DNA from: a virus
Taxonomy: Duplodnaviria > Caudoviricetes
Length of the DNA stretch: 64,000 bases
Strand: one strand, 5' to 3'
Virus record (IMG/VR): IMGVR_UViG_3300037424_001630
Location: 13,533-77,532 of that record
Made by a program: the position numbers and the translations under genes. Below are positions 43,786 through 53,534 of the stretch, piece after piece (position 1 is the first letter of the stretch; each line of letters starts with the position of its first letter). Under the pieces are notes generated by a model. The model worked only from the letters and a program-made list of their open reading frames with translations. It did no database searches and was not told where the DNA came from.

Positions 43786-44430
43786 GTGTCCTCCTACTCG
43801 CTCCGCAGCTCCGCGCTCTTCATACTGAGCGGGGTGTCCCTGTCCCTCTCGGTGCCGCTCCCCCTGGAGGCGGGCGGACCGCTGCGCCTCGCCATCCCGC
43901 TGCCCCTGGAGTCGGACGGCGGGCACCTGGTCCTCTCCGTCCCTCTCCACGCGGAGTCTCTTGGCGGTCGGCTGCTCGGGCTCCCCCTGCCGCTCGAGGC
44001 AGGCGGGAGCCTGCTGCTCGGGATCCCCCTGCCGCTGGAGGCCGGCGGCACGGCGCCGCTGTTGCTCGGCTTGCCCCTGTCGCTGGAGGCCGCGGCGAAC
44101 CTGCGCCTCGTCCTGCCGGTGTCCCTGGAGGTCGCTCTCCTCCACGACCTGGTGCTGCGCATCCCCCTGCCGCTGGAGGCGCCGTCCCCCGACCACGCCT
44201 GGCTGGACGTGACCTTCGACGTTCTGACCCGCGTTCGGTCCCCGCTCTATGTCCAGTTCGACATCCTTCCGGTGCAGACCGTCCTTGACCCGCTCACGGT
44301 CGAGCTCACCGTCGTCGAGACCACGGGCGACTTCCTCACCGTCACGCTTGACGTCATCAGCGGGCAGTTGTTCCTGATGCGGACCAGCGACGACGTGCAG
44401 GCGCCGATCGCCCACGTGACCCTGACATGA
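43786..44430 (+). CDS. repeat protein (8 x ~14 aa LxLxIPLPLEAGG)
   Basis: Tandem repeats about 43840-44190. Confidence 0.7.
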   Translation: MSSYSLRSSALFILSGVSLSLSVPLPLEAGGPLRLAIPLPLESDGGHLVLSVPLHAESLGGRLLGLPLPLEAGGSLLLGIPLPLEAGGTAPLLLGLPLSLEAAANLRLVLPVSLEVALLHDLVLRIPLPLEAPSPDHAWLDVTFDVLTRVRSPLYVQFDILPVQTVLDPLTVELTVVETTGDFLTVTLDVISGQLFLMRTSDDVQAPIAHVTLT

Positions 44431-46148
44431 CCACGAATCCGAGCGAGCTGAACTACGATCAGTCGGTCCAGCTGGTGGGAGACCAGTTCGAGATCGCCCT
44501 GAACGGCTCCGACGCGTACCTCGACGGGGTCGCCCTCGCCGACATGGACACGGGGCTGCTCGACCCGTACCTCGCGCCGGAGGTGGTGGAGCACGTCTCC
44601 GGCGGGGTCGTGGACGAGCGCGAGCTGCACGTCTTCCCCGACAAGATGGTGTCGGTGGTCCGCGGGCGCGACGCGTCCGCCAACGCGGCGGACTCCACGG
44701 TGTACGCCAACTACGTCGTCGGGGGGCTGCTGCCGGGCGGCCTGGTCGGCGGCGAGACGCCGTCGCCCCCCGGCTTCCCGAGTCTGCCGGCGATCGAGGG
44801 TGTGACCGTACCGCTCGACCTGAGGGGGCCGCAGTGGACGGCGTCCATGATCGCCAAGGACTTGTGCTCCCGGGTCGGGCTCGCGTGCTCCTACGAGGCG
44901 CCCGACTACGTCATGCGCGAGGACTTCCAGGTCAACGGGTCGGTCACCGGGGCGATCATGTCCCTCGTGGAGCCGTTCTCCCACTTCGAGCCGAGCAAGG
45001 TTGACATCTGGCTCGACGGGGACGTGCTGATCGTCAGGGCGAGGAGCGCCGGGGCGCCCGAGGACAGCGTCTCCATCAGCGCCCACGACGCCCGCGTCAC
45101 GCAGCTGATGTTCCGCGACCACTTCCTCGGGTACGTCCGGGTCCTCCGCCTGACCGGCAGTGTGACTGGTCAAAGCACCAACTTCGTCGCCGTCGACCCG
45201 GGGAGCAGGACGACGTCCACGGTCGACGAGATGGAGAAGGACGGGCACATTGAGTCCCGCATCATCACCACCGAGACGGTGCGCATCCTCGACAACGCGA
45301 TCCTGAGCAGCCTCGTCGAGACGTTCAAGTGGGACCCCGTGACCAGCACGCTCGCCCTGAGCGAGACGGTGGAGACGGCGGTGGACGTGGACGACCTCGT
45401 GCTCGCGTACCCGAACCAGATCGTCAACCAGCCGCAGGAGCACAGCCGGGTCAGCATCACGTCGTCGTTCACCATCGACTCCAGCGGGTTCCGGACGTTC
45501 GGACCCACGAAAAAGACGACGTTCATCACGTCGTACGACCTCACCGGGCGCAAGAGCGCCGAGGAGACCGTTGAGGAGAAGTGGGCGCTCATCAACCTGA
45601 CGACGGGGTTTGGCTGGGTGCTCAAGTCCAGCGAGACGAAGCAGTACCGGGACAGCGGGCCCGGTCAGTACATGATCGTCTCCACGTCCTACAACTCCAG
45701 GGGGGCGCCCGGCAAGACCAGGAGGACGACGGCCAACGGGAGCCGGCCGGGCGGCCCGGGGCTGAGCGTCTCGCGCAACGCGAACGACCCGACCACGCCG
45801 ACGTCCGACGTCGTCTACGCGGTCGTCATCAGCACCGCGCCGGGCGCGAAGGACGTGAACATCACGAACCGGAACCTGCTGGACGAGCACCTGGCGTCCA
45901 TCGCCGCGCAGGCTTCGGCCGCGAGCGGGTCCACCGAGACGGAGATCAGCTTCACGGCGGCGGGCATGCCGTGGATCCGCCGGGGGCAGTACCTCACGAT
46001 AACCGGGCTCGACGACGAGCTCGGGTACGACATCCCGATCGCGACGGCGCTGGTGATCGAGGCGCGGGTGGAGTATCGTGAGGGCGAGGGGGACGGCGGC
46101 TCGTCGTACACGACGTTCGTGCGGGCCGCGTACTGGAGCAAGCTCTGA
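44427..46148 (+). CDS. tail tip hub / Tal-like protein
   Basis: 573 aa; hub-like order (I...LC...G...Y; late GQYLTI...V.E....Y.T). Confidence 0.6.
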   Translation: MTTNPSELNYDQSVQLVGDQFEIALNGSDAYLDGVALADMDTGLLDPYLAPEVVEHVSGGVVDERELHVFPDKMVSVVRGRDASANAADSTVYANYVVGGLLPGGLVGGETPSPPGFPSLPAIEGVTVPLDLRGPQWTASMIAKDLCSRVGLACSYEAPDYVMREDFQVNGSVTGAIMSLVEPFSHFEPSKVDIWLDGDVLIVRARSAGAPEDSVSISAHDARVTQLMFRDHFLGYVRVLRLTGSVTGQSTNFVAVDPGSRTTSTVDEMEKDGHIESRIITTETVRILDNAILSSLVETFKWDPVTSTLALSETVETAVDVDDLVLAYPNQIVNQPQEHSRVSITSSFTIDSSGFRTFGPTKKTTFITSYDLTGRKSAEETVEEKWALINLTTGFGWVLKSSETKQYRDSGPGQYMIVSTSYNSRGAPGKTRRTTANGSRPGGPGLSVSRNANDPTTPTSDVVYAVVISTAPGAKDVNITNRNLLDEHLASIAAQASAASGSTETEISFTAAGMPWIRRGQYLTITGLDDELGYDIPIATALVIEARVEYREGEGDGGSSYTTFVRAAYWSKL

Positions 46149-46423
46149 TGCCCGCGCCGCGGCACGTCACGGCGATCGTCGGGCAGCCCAAGCCCGCAAC
46201 CGACTGGCGGAGCGCGGCCCACGCGCTGGCCGTCTCCGGCGAGTGGACCCGCGGCGTGGTCAGCCGAGCGGCGGGCGAGATCAACGCCGTCTTCACGGTG
46301 ACGCTCGAGAGCGGGACGGCGGTCGTCGCGCTCTCCGTCATCAACGAGCCCATCGAGGTCGGGACCTTCGTCTGGGTAGTGCAGGCGGGCACCCGCTACA
46401 TCGTGGTGGGCGTCCAGCGGTGA
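46148..46423 (+). CDS. small OB-fold-like tail protein
   Basis: TGATG coupling; GVVS...VTLESG...IEVGTFVWV. Confidence 0.55.
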   Translation: MPAPRHVTAIVGQPKPATDWRSAAHALAVSGEWTRGVVSRAAGEINAVFTVTLESGTAVVALSVINEPIEVGTFVWVVQAGTRYIVVGVQR

Positions 46424-48069
46424 CGACCCCCAGGTTCGTCACGTCCGTGCGCGCGCTGCCGGGACCGCTGCCGCAGGTCACCCCGGCCGAGGGCGTCACG
46501 TTCACGGACGAGTACGTCGAGGGCGGCGCGCCGGGGGGGCGGTACCTCATCCGGGGGGTGCCGACCCAGACCCGGGGCGAGCTGCACGTCGTGACGGGGG
46601 ACCGCGTGACCGTGATGTGGAAGCGCGGCGTGCCGTGGATGATCCTGAACGTCGCGTCCCGGAAGGGCTCCGGGCATGACGCCGCCGATGAGGGCGGGGG
46701 GGTCGTCGAGGAGCTGATCCAGGCGCCCCTGGAGGCGCCGGGGTTCCTCTTCCCGGACACGGACGTCTGGTTCCGGAACGCGGAGATGATCGAGCCGCTG
46801 AACCTGCTGTCGCTCCTGGGCGTGCCGACCGTCGGGTTCGCCCGAGTGCGCGGGTGGGGGTCGCAGAAGCGGCACTTCCTCGCCAAGAGCGCGGCGAACA
46901 CCCTCCACGTCGTCAAGATCACCGGCGAACCGGACTCCGCGCAGACAGACGCGCCGGTGGCGTCGCTCGTGTCCACCGTCAACCTCCTCAACAGCACCGT
47001 CGTCCTCGGCAGCGTCAGGCTCAGGGTGCCCTCCTCATCGATCGACATCACCACGTCGGTGCAGCTCGGGACGCTGCTGTCGACCGGCTACAACGTCGGT
47101 CCCAACCTCGAGCACATCGAGGGGCGCGTCGAGGACGCGTACATAAACGGGGCGAACGAGGTGGTCATCACCGTCGCGGTCACCATCCGGATGGACCCGA
47201 ACTTCATCCTGGTGGGACCGCGCTGGGTGTACCCAGTCGTCCTGAACGTCACGACGGGTCAGTTCATCCTCAACGGCCTTACGACTCACAGCGGCCTCCC
47301 GGCGCCCGCAGGGGTTGTGCTGGACGGCGCCGACTTCAACCGCGACACGTGGGCCACGTCGGACTTCTCGCTGAACTACGGCGTCCGGCCTCTGCTGAAC
47401 AGCGACGGCGACGTCGCCAACGCGATTGTCGGTCTCTCGTACTTCTCCGTCTCCGGCGCCAAGCATTTCACCGCGCTCCTGACGGGGCTCGGCGGGGGAC
47501 CAGACCAGACGATCGTTCCGTTCCGCTCGGGGGGCGGAGACCGGGTGTGGCTCATGAGTGCAGATCAGCGGTACGCGCTCTGGGTTCACCTCGTGCTCGC
47601 GTCCGCGGCCACCACCGACCCGCTCGACGACTTCCCCCCGTTCGGGGCGGCGACGTACGACCCGGTGCACATGACCGACTTCGTGACATTCCAGGACGTC
47701 GAGGTGGCGGCCGACGTCCCGGCCTTTCTCCTGTACAAGCCTGTCATGCTGTCGCCGAGCCTGCTCTTCGCGCTCAACTCGGAGCCGAACGACCCCGACC
47801 AGACCGACGTGGCAACGGAGTTCGCCGAGTTCCGGAGCGCCGGGGGGGAGATCACGCTCGACCAGACGGTCGTGGAGGTGGCGGGATCTGAGGAGGCGTC
47901 GGCGCTCAAGCCGTACTCCGAGGTGCCGGCGGCGACCTTCATCCCCCAGTACCTCGCGGACTTCGTTGCGGACCCCGCCGTCCCGACGGACCTCGGCTTC
48001 CTGCTCGGCTTCCTCAAGTACCAGACGATCGAGGACGACGACTCGGGCTTCGACTTCCCGCAGCCGTGA
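46420..48069 (+). CDS. tail tip / receptor-binding candidate (~549 aa)
   Basis: GTGA coupling; last gene of the tail operon; beta-rich. Confidence 0.6.
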   Translation: MTTPRFVTSVRALPGPLPQVTPAEGVTFTDEYVEGGAPGGRYLIRGVPTQTRGELHVVTGDRVTVMWKRGVPWMILNVASRKGSGHDAADEGGGVVEELIQAPLEAPGFLFPDTDVWFRNAEMIEPLNLLSLLGVPTVGFARVRGWGSQKRHFLAKSAANTLHVVKITGEPDSAQTDAPVASLVSTVNLLNSTVVLGSVRLRVPSSSIDITTSVQLGTLLSTGYNVGPNLEHIEGRVEDAYINGANEVVITVAVTIRMDPNFILVGPRWVYPVVLNVTTGQFILNGLTTHSGLPAPAGVVLDGADFNRDTWATSDFSLNYGVRPLLNSDGDVANAIVGLSYFSVSGAKHFTALLTGLGGGPDQTIVPFRSGGGDRVWLMSADQRYALWVHLVLASAATTDPLDDFPPFGAATYDPVHMTDFVTFQDVEVAADVPAFLLYKPVMLSPSLLFALNSEPNDPDQTDVATEFAEFRSAGGEITLDQTVVEVAGSEEASALKPYSEVPAATFIPQYLADFVADPAVPTDLGFLLGFLKYQTIEDDDSGFDFPQP

Positions 48070-48114
48070 CCCAGCCCCCTCCGGAGCCCTCAAATAGCCT
48101 CCGTGCGGCGCTAG

Positions 48115-48136
48115 GCGCCTCAGGGCGGCGCTTTTT
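48115..48136 (+). terminator. intrinsic terminator ending the structural operon
   Basis: GCGCC-TCAGGGC-GGCGC followed by TTTTT. Confidence 0.65.
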
Positions 48137-48216
48137 CCTGAAACCCCACTTCCCACCCGCCTGCGGCGCCAAGGAGGAAATCTAGACTGGGTACAGCGGA
48201 AGCGGATAGGTAGGGC

Positions 48217-49692
48217 ATGACGGAGCGCTCTACGATCACCGCGGGAGCCGTCTGGGCTCGCCTGGACGCCCCCTCCGACGTGCTGGCGGCGGCCCGGGCC
48301 GCCCTGGCTGTCCTCGACCCTGACGCAGCGCACAAGCGCGCGTTCCAGTCGGGGCGGTGGGACGGTCAGGTGCAGTTCATGCGCCGGCCGGGGAACGACT
48401 TCCTGGCTGGGCTGACGTGGAGGGTCGCCGCGGCCGTCACCATGGCTGGATACGAGCGGCCGAAGATCGGCTGGCCGTCAGTCCGGGAGCACCCGCCCCT
48501 CTCCGGCCCGCTCCGAGGCATCGAGTGGCGCCCGTACCAGGTCGCGGCGGTGGACAAGGCGCTCCGCGCCCGCCGGATGGCGATGCAGTGCCCGACGCGG
48601 TCGGGGAAGACGGAGATGGGCATCGAGTTCGTCCGCCGCGTCGGCGGGCGGGCGCTCTGGGTGACGCACACCCGGGAGCTACTGCGCCAGACGCCGGAGC
48701 GCTTCCGCGACCGGCTCGGAGTGGAGTGCGGGGTCGTCGGCGGCGCGACGCGGACCGACGGTCCGGTCGTCGTCGGGATGGTCCAGACGCTCATTAAACT
48801 CGTTAATAAAGAGCCTCAATTCTTTGAACAGTTCGACGTGCTGGTGATGGACGAGGCGCACCACGCGGGTGCGGACACGTGGCAGGACGTCGCCCGGGCG
48901 TGCGCGAGGGCGTCGCACCGCCTCGGGCTCAGCGGGACCATGTCGACGGGCAACCGCGTCACCGACCTCAGGATCGAGGGTGCGCTGGGACCGACCCACG
49001 TCGTCTCGACCACGGTGGAGCTCGCCGACATGGGGTTCGTGGCTCGCCCTCGGGTGGTCCTCGTCAGCGTGTCCCCGCCTTCGTACCCGGCGTACGAGGA
49101 AGTGCGCGAGGCGGTCTGCCCGAACTGGCGCGACGACCCGCAGGGGCTCCTGTCCCGGCTGGGCGGCGCCCTCTTCCGGGAGTCGTACCGGCGCGGCATC
49201 ACGGAGAACGAGGAGCGCAACTGGAGGATCATCCACATCGCCACCGGGCACGCCGACGCCGGCGACAAGTTCCTGGTCCTGTGCAACCGGGTACCCCACG
49301 CGCAGCGGCTCCACGCGGACATCGAGCGGAGAACGTCGTCACCCGTGTGGGTGCTGGACGGTGGCGCCCTTGACGACGAGCGCCGGAGGACCCTGGCGAA
49401 GTTCAAGGCGGTCGGCGGGGGCGCCGTCCTGGTCTGCACGCCGTTCTTCCGGGAGGGGGTCGACCTGCCCCAGATAGACGCGGGCATGCTGGCCGGCGGG
49501 GGCGAGTCGAGCATCGCTGTCCTCCAGGGGCTCGGGCGCATGCTGACGGTGCGGCCGGACAAGCCGGAGGTGCTCATCTACGACTTCACCGACGGACGGG
49601 ACGAGACGCACGAGAAGGACTACCTAGCGCAGCACCGCCTCTCCCGCGTCTCGTTGTACAAGAAAAACGGGTTCGTGATCGAAAGGGGATAG
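48217..49692 (+). CDS. superfamily 2 helicase (UvsW/DEAH-like)
   Basis: PTRSGKT, DEAHH, GLSGT, FREGVDLP, LQGLGRMLT. Confidence 0.92.
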   Translation: MTERSTITAGAVWARLDAPSDVLAAARAALAVLDPDAAHKRAFQSGRWDGQVQFMRRPGNDFLAGLTWRVAAAVTMAGYERPKIGWPSVREHPPLSGPLRGIEWRPYQVAAVDKALRARRMAMQCPTRSGKTEMGIEFVRRVGGRALWVTHTRELLRQTPERFRDRLGVECGVVGGATRTDGPVVVGMVQTLIKLVNKEPQFFEQFDVLVMDEAHHAGADTWQDVARACARASHRLGLSGTMSTGNRVTDLRIEGALGPTHVVSTTVELADMGFVARPRVVLVSVSPPSYPAYEEVREAVCPNWRDDPQGLLSRLGGALFRESYRRGITENEERNWRIIHIATGHADAGDKFLVLCNRVPHAQRLHADIERRTSSPVWVLDGGALDDERRRTLAKFKAVGGGAVLVCTPFFREGVDLPQIDAGMLAGGGESSIAVLQGLGRMLTVRPDKPEVLIYDFTDGRDETHEKDYLAQHRLSRVSLYKKNGFVIERG

Positions 49693-49699
49693 TGGGACC

Positions 49700-50455
49700 G
49701 TGGACTACCTCGAGATCCTCCGCGACATCACGCCGTCTGCGTGCAAGGTGTACGCCGCCCTCTTGTACCTGGGGCGCACGGGCAAGCCAGTCGAGGTGGC
49801 GTACAGCGAGCTGATGGGGCTCACGAACCAGTCATTCCCCACCGTACTCGATTGCGTGAAAGAATTGATAGCGCGGGGGCTCGTGGGGCAAGACCCGGAG
49901 AAGCGCTACCTCGTGCCAACCGGGATCATAAAGTTTAACAAACTCAGTGAAAACTCTTGTAAAAATAATTTCTATAACCCCGTAGGGGTTACTAATCTTC
50001 ATCCTAGAATCATGAAACGGATGAAGGGGAAGAGGGGTGGGGGGTCCGGGGGGAGGGGGGATTTCAAGGAGGACACGGTCAACGGCATCACGTTCGAGGA
50101 GCGCCGCGCAGTTACGATCCAGGCGGCGAGCATCCTCGGTGCCCCTCGGGGCGACCTGAAGTACACGAGCGTCGCGCAGGCGAAGCTGTACCGCATCTTG
50201 AAGGGGGGTTTCACGACCGCCGACGCGTTGGAGGTCGTCCGGTACTGTCGCGCGGAATACGACCGGGGCGACAGGTTCAAGAAGCTCATAAACCTGATCT
50301 ACGTCTGGTCGGCCACGCAGTTTACCGCCCTCCTGACCGCGGCGCGGACGACTCCCGCCCACGGGAAGGCGTACTCGACGATCGACGACCCGGAGGCGCG
50401 CCGGAAGTGGTCCGAGGACTATCAGCGCCGCGTCAGGGAGAGGGGATTGGCATGA
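49700..50455 (+). CDS. replication initiator-like protein (N-terminal wHTH)
   Basis: LTPSACKVYAALL...YSELMGLTNQS..TVL HTH; internal AT-rich tract; followed by a DnaC-like gene. Confidence 0.65.
   Translation: MDYLEILRDITPSACKVYAALLYLGRTGKPVEVAYSELMGLTNQSFPTVLDCVKELIARGLVGQDPEKRYLVPTGIIKFNKLSENSCKNNFYNPVGVTNLHPRIMKRMKGKRGGGSGGRGDFKEDTVNGITFEERRAVTIQAASILGAPRGDLKYTSVAQAKLYRILKGGFTTADALEVVRYCRAEYDRGDRFKKLINLIYVWSATQFTALLTAARTTPAHGKAYSTIDDPEARRKWSEDYQRRVRERGLA
49926..50060. other. candidate replication origin inside the initiator gene
   Basis: AT-rich tract with palindromes AGTTT-AAC-AAACT and TAACCCC-GTA-GGGGTTA, then G runs. Confidence 0.5.
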
Positions 50456-51126
50456 ACCTGGACCGGGACTTTCTTCCGCATTGCACCATCGCCGCGAGGG
50501 CGGCTCTCGTCAACGCTCCGGAGTGGTCGGATGGTCTGACGTTCGCCGGGTTCCCAGGTGACGTGCCGGCTCCACTGCTCGGGTGGGTCGCCGGTACGGC
50601 AGGGGTTGCGGGGGAGCGAAAGGATCCGCGGGGCGTCGTGCTGTACGGTCCGGCCGGTACAGGGAAGACGGGGCTCGCCGTCTGCGTCCTGCGTGACCTC
50701 GCCGCGGTCGGATTCGGCGACACGCTCCTGTGGAACCTGGCGACGGCGCCGGGGGTGCGCGCGGCGGTCCTGTCAGGCGACGACCCCGAGGAGCCGTCGC
50801 CGTGCTGGTTCGAGCGCTTCAGCCGTCTGTTGGCGCTCCGGCGGCGTGAGCAGTGGGACGAGGCGGGGTGGTTCGAGCAACTGGAACAGCGCGTGTCGGC
50901 TCTGGTCCTCGACGACGTCGGCGTCGACGCTGGCACTCCGTACCGCGAGTCGTTCCTGCTTCAGCATGTCGAGTGGGCGCAGGACCGACGGGGGCGTGCT
51001 CTGGTCATCACGCTCAATCCTCCGCCGGCCAAGTGGGAGGAGGTTCTCGGCGAGAGGATCGCCGACAGGTTGCTCGACCCTCGCTGGTTTCTGAAGGTCC
51101 AGCTCGGCGGGGCGTCGCTCCGGTGA
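50452..51126 (+). CDS. DnaC/IstB-like helicase loader ATPase
   Basis: Walker A GPAGTGKT, Walker B LVLDDVG, GERIADRL. Confidence 0.85.
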   Translation: MNLDRDFLPHCTIAARAALVNAPEWSDGLTFAGFPGDVPAPLLGWVAGTAGVAGERKDPRGVVLYGPAGTGKTGLAVCVLRDLAAVGFGDTLLWNLATAPGVRAAVLSGDDPEEPSPCWFERFSRLLALRRREQWDEAGWFEQLEQRVSALVLDDVGVDAGTPYRESFLLQHVEWAQDRRGRALVITLNPPPAKWEEVLGERIADRLLDPRWFLKVQLGGASLR

Positions 51127-51431
51127 GGGCGTTCAAGCTCATGCGGGTCCGCGCTGATGGGACATTCGGCTCCCTGTTCGTGGACAAGTCTCGCATCTTG
51201 CTGCCGGATTCTTGGCTCCGAGCTCGCCTGCGTTTGAAGCCAAGGACTTTAGCCCACCGCCCGGGTTGGCACGCCGCCAAGACGGGCATTTTCCCGCACA
51301 TGAGCCGTCGGGGGCGCGTCGTCGTGGTGGTGGAGCTGAGGGGTGACATCAAGCAGCACGTTCGCCCGGCGTCTCAGGGCGGTTTGTGGTACACGGCAAG
51401 CACAATGCGCATCGTGGGTTACGCGGAGTGA
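51123..51431 (+). CDS. conserved phage hypothetical protein
   Basis: AFKLMR...LF...AHRPGWH...PH...RP.SQGGLWY.A family pattern; lower GC. Confidence 0.7.
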   Translation: MRAFKLMRVRADGTFGSLFVDKSRILLPDSWLRARLRLKPRTLAHRPGWHAAKTGIFPHMSRRGRVVVVVELRGDIKQHVRPASQGGLWYTASTMRIVGYAE

Positions 51432-52798
51432 GCGCGCCTGTATGGTCCGCCGACTTCCAGCGGCTCGTCCTCGCCGCCGCCCTCAAGGGCGACCTCCTCG
51501 ACAAGCTCCCGCTCGATCCGGCTCTGTTCGGCTCGGACCGGGAGCGCGGCCCGCAGTCTTCCGCCCAACGCATCGCCGCCGCGCTCGTCGACTACCACGC
51601 CAAGTACGGCACCCGCCCGTCGCCGGAGGTGTTCACCCAGGTCATCGCGGACGCAGCCGCCTCCCTGGGTCCAGAGGTGCGCGCGGTTCTGGTGCAGGAG
51701 GTCGCCGACGTCCTCGCGACGAGCCCCCCGGACGACCCGCGGTTCGTCCTCGACACGGTCCGCGAGCAGCTCGAGCGGCGAGCCATCGACCGAGGTCTGG
51801 TCCAGGCCGCCGCTCTGCTCGCCGCAGGCGCCACGGCAGAGCAGGTCCGCGAGGCGTTCGCGAAGGCGTCGGAGCCGATCGACGCCGGCGACGGGCGACT
51901 CCGGAGCACCGCGTACATAGCGGACTCCTCGGCGCGCATCGAGGCGTGGCGCCGCGGCGACGCCTACGGGGAGCACATCAGCACCGGCTTCCCCGAGCTG
52001 GACTTCGTGCTGGGCGGGGGACCGACCCGGCGGGAGGCGCACTACTTCCTTGCCCCACCGAAGGGGTTGAAGACGGCGGCGCTCCTCAAGGTCGCTCTCT
52101 CCGCGTCGCGCCGGCGGTACGGCGTGTACCTCGCGACTTACGAGATGCAGGCGATGCGCATGGCGCTCCGCGCCGACCGGATGCTCTCGCGCAGCAGCAA
52201 GGACGAGATCGCCGGGGACCTGGCGCGCCTCGAGCGGGCGCTGAGCGGGCTCAAGGCGTCCGGGTCCGGCGAGATATGGATCGACGAGTGCCTCCCGCAG
52301 CGCCCCGGGTCGGTGGCCGCCGCCGCGCGCCGGGTGCAGGAGATCCGGCGGAGGGGCGGGAAGGTCGACGTCGTCGTGCTCGACTACCTGAACATCATGG
52401 GGGCGAGCGAGCGGGAGCAGGAGAAGCGGCACGAGCTCCCGCGCATAAGCCGCGACATCGCGTCGCTGGGTAAAGAGCTGGACGTTCTGGTGTGGTCCGC
52501 GGCGCTCGTCAACCGGAAGGGGGTCGGCAAGAAGGTCGTGCGCAAGACCGACATTGCGGAGGCGTTCGAGGTCATCGCCGTCCTCGACGGCGCCACGGCC
52601 ATCTGCGCGACCGACGCGATGGTCCGCGCCGGGCTGCGGAGGTTCCGCCAGGTCGCCGCCCGCGAGGAGGCGGACGATGTGAACGCGGGCGACTACGCCG
52701 TCGACCTCGCGCGAATGATCATCGACCCGGCGGGGGAGGGGGCGGTCGACGCGGTGCTCGGCGCGAGCGGGGCGTCGGACGACGGGGGCGGAGACTGA
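51428..52798 (+). CDS. dnaB: replicative DnaB-like (SF4) helicase
   Basis: STGFPELD..LGGG, APPKGLKT, TYEM, VVVLDYLNIM, LVWSAA, DIAEAF. Confidence 0.85.
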   Translation: MSAPVWSADFQRLVLAAALKGDLLDKLPLDPALFGSDRERGPQSSAQRIAAALVDYHAKYGTRPSPEVFTQVIADAAASLGPEVRAVLVQEVADVLATSPPDDPRFVLDTVREQLERRAIDRGLVQAAALLAAGATAEQVREAFAKASEPIDAGDGRLRSTAYIADSSARIEAWRRGDAYGEHISTGFPELDFVLGGGPTRREAHYFLAPPKGLKTAALLKVALSASRRRYGVYLATYEMQAMRMALRADRMLSRSSKDEIAGDLARLERALSGLKASGSGEIWIDECLPQRPGSVAAAARRVQEIRRRGGKVDVVVLDYLNIMGASEREQEKRHELPRISRDIASLGKELDVLVWSAALVNRKGVGKKVVRKTDIAEAFEVIAVLDGATAICATDAMVRAGLRRFRQVAAREEADDVNAGDYAVDLARMIIDPAGEGAVDAVLGASGASDDGGGD

Positions 52799-53148
52799 TG
52801 TCCTGGCCTCTGGGTCGTCCGCTCTCCCGGGAGCACGTCGAGAAGCTCATGGCGGTGCACATCAGGCACGGGCACGCCGTCCACCCCGGGAGTCCGACGT
52901 ACACGTCCTGGCGCGCGATGGTAGCCAGGTGTACGAATCCGCGCTCGTCGCAGTGGGATAGGTACGGCGGGAGCGGTGTCAGGGTGTGCGACCGCTGGCG
53001 CCGGTTCGAGAACTTCCTCGCCGATATGGGGGAGCGGCCGACGGGCAAGACGCTTGACAGGAAGAGCGGCGACGGCGACTATGAACCCGCGAACTGTCGC
53101 TGGGCGACGAAGACCCAGCAGGAGAGGAACAAACGATGGCGACGATGA
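52798..53148 (+). CDS. free-standing HNH-type endonuclease
   Basis: YGG.GV.VCDRW..FENFLADMGERP...TLDR...GDYEPANCRWAT. Confidence 0.88.
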   Translation: MSWPLGRPLSREHVEKLMAVHIRHGHAVHPGSPTYTSWRAMVARCTNPRSSQWDRYGGSGVRVCDRWRRFENFLADMGERPTGKTLDRKSGDGDYEPANCRWATKTQQERNKRWRR

Positions 53149-53534
53149 GGGCGGGCTGGAAGCGAACGGTGCAGACCAAGCCCTACGAGTCTGAGACCCT
53201 GGAGCTCGCGGTGGAGCTGGACGTCGACGCGTCGAAGATGTCGCGGAAGGACCTGCTCGATGGCCTCGCTGGGCTGGAGCGTGACATCGCGGCGCAGGGG
53301 GACATTTTGCTGGTCGAGCGCCTCGCGGCGCGGCAGACACCTGATGGTGTGCAGCCGGCTCTGGACAGACTAGCGGGCTCAGGTGGGGCGGGACATCGGG
53401 TAGTCGATGCGCGACGTCTTGTCGATGCCGTTGCGGACACGAAGCGGGTGACTGTGACGCGTCCCGGCTCCGGCACCCGGCTCGACAAGGGCGGCATGCC
53501 GGCCGTGGAAGAGCCCGACGATTTCGTGAAGTGA
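53136..53534 (+). CDS. hypothetical protein
   Basis: RTVQTKPYESETLEL pattern; in operon. Confidence 0.65.
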   Translation: MATMRAGWKRTVQTKPYESETLELAVELDVDASKMSRKDLLDGLAGLERDIAAQGDILLVERLAARQTPDGVQPALDRLAGSGGAGHRVVDARRLVDAVADTKRVTVTRPGSGTRLDKGGMPAVEEPDDFVK

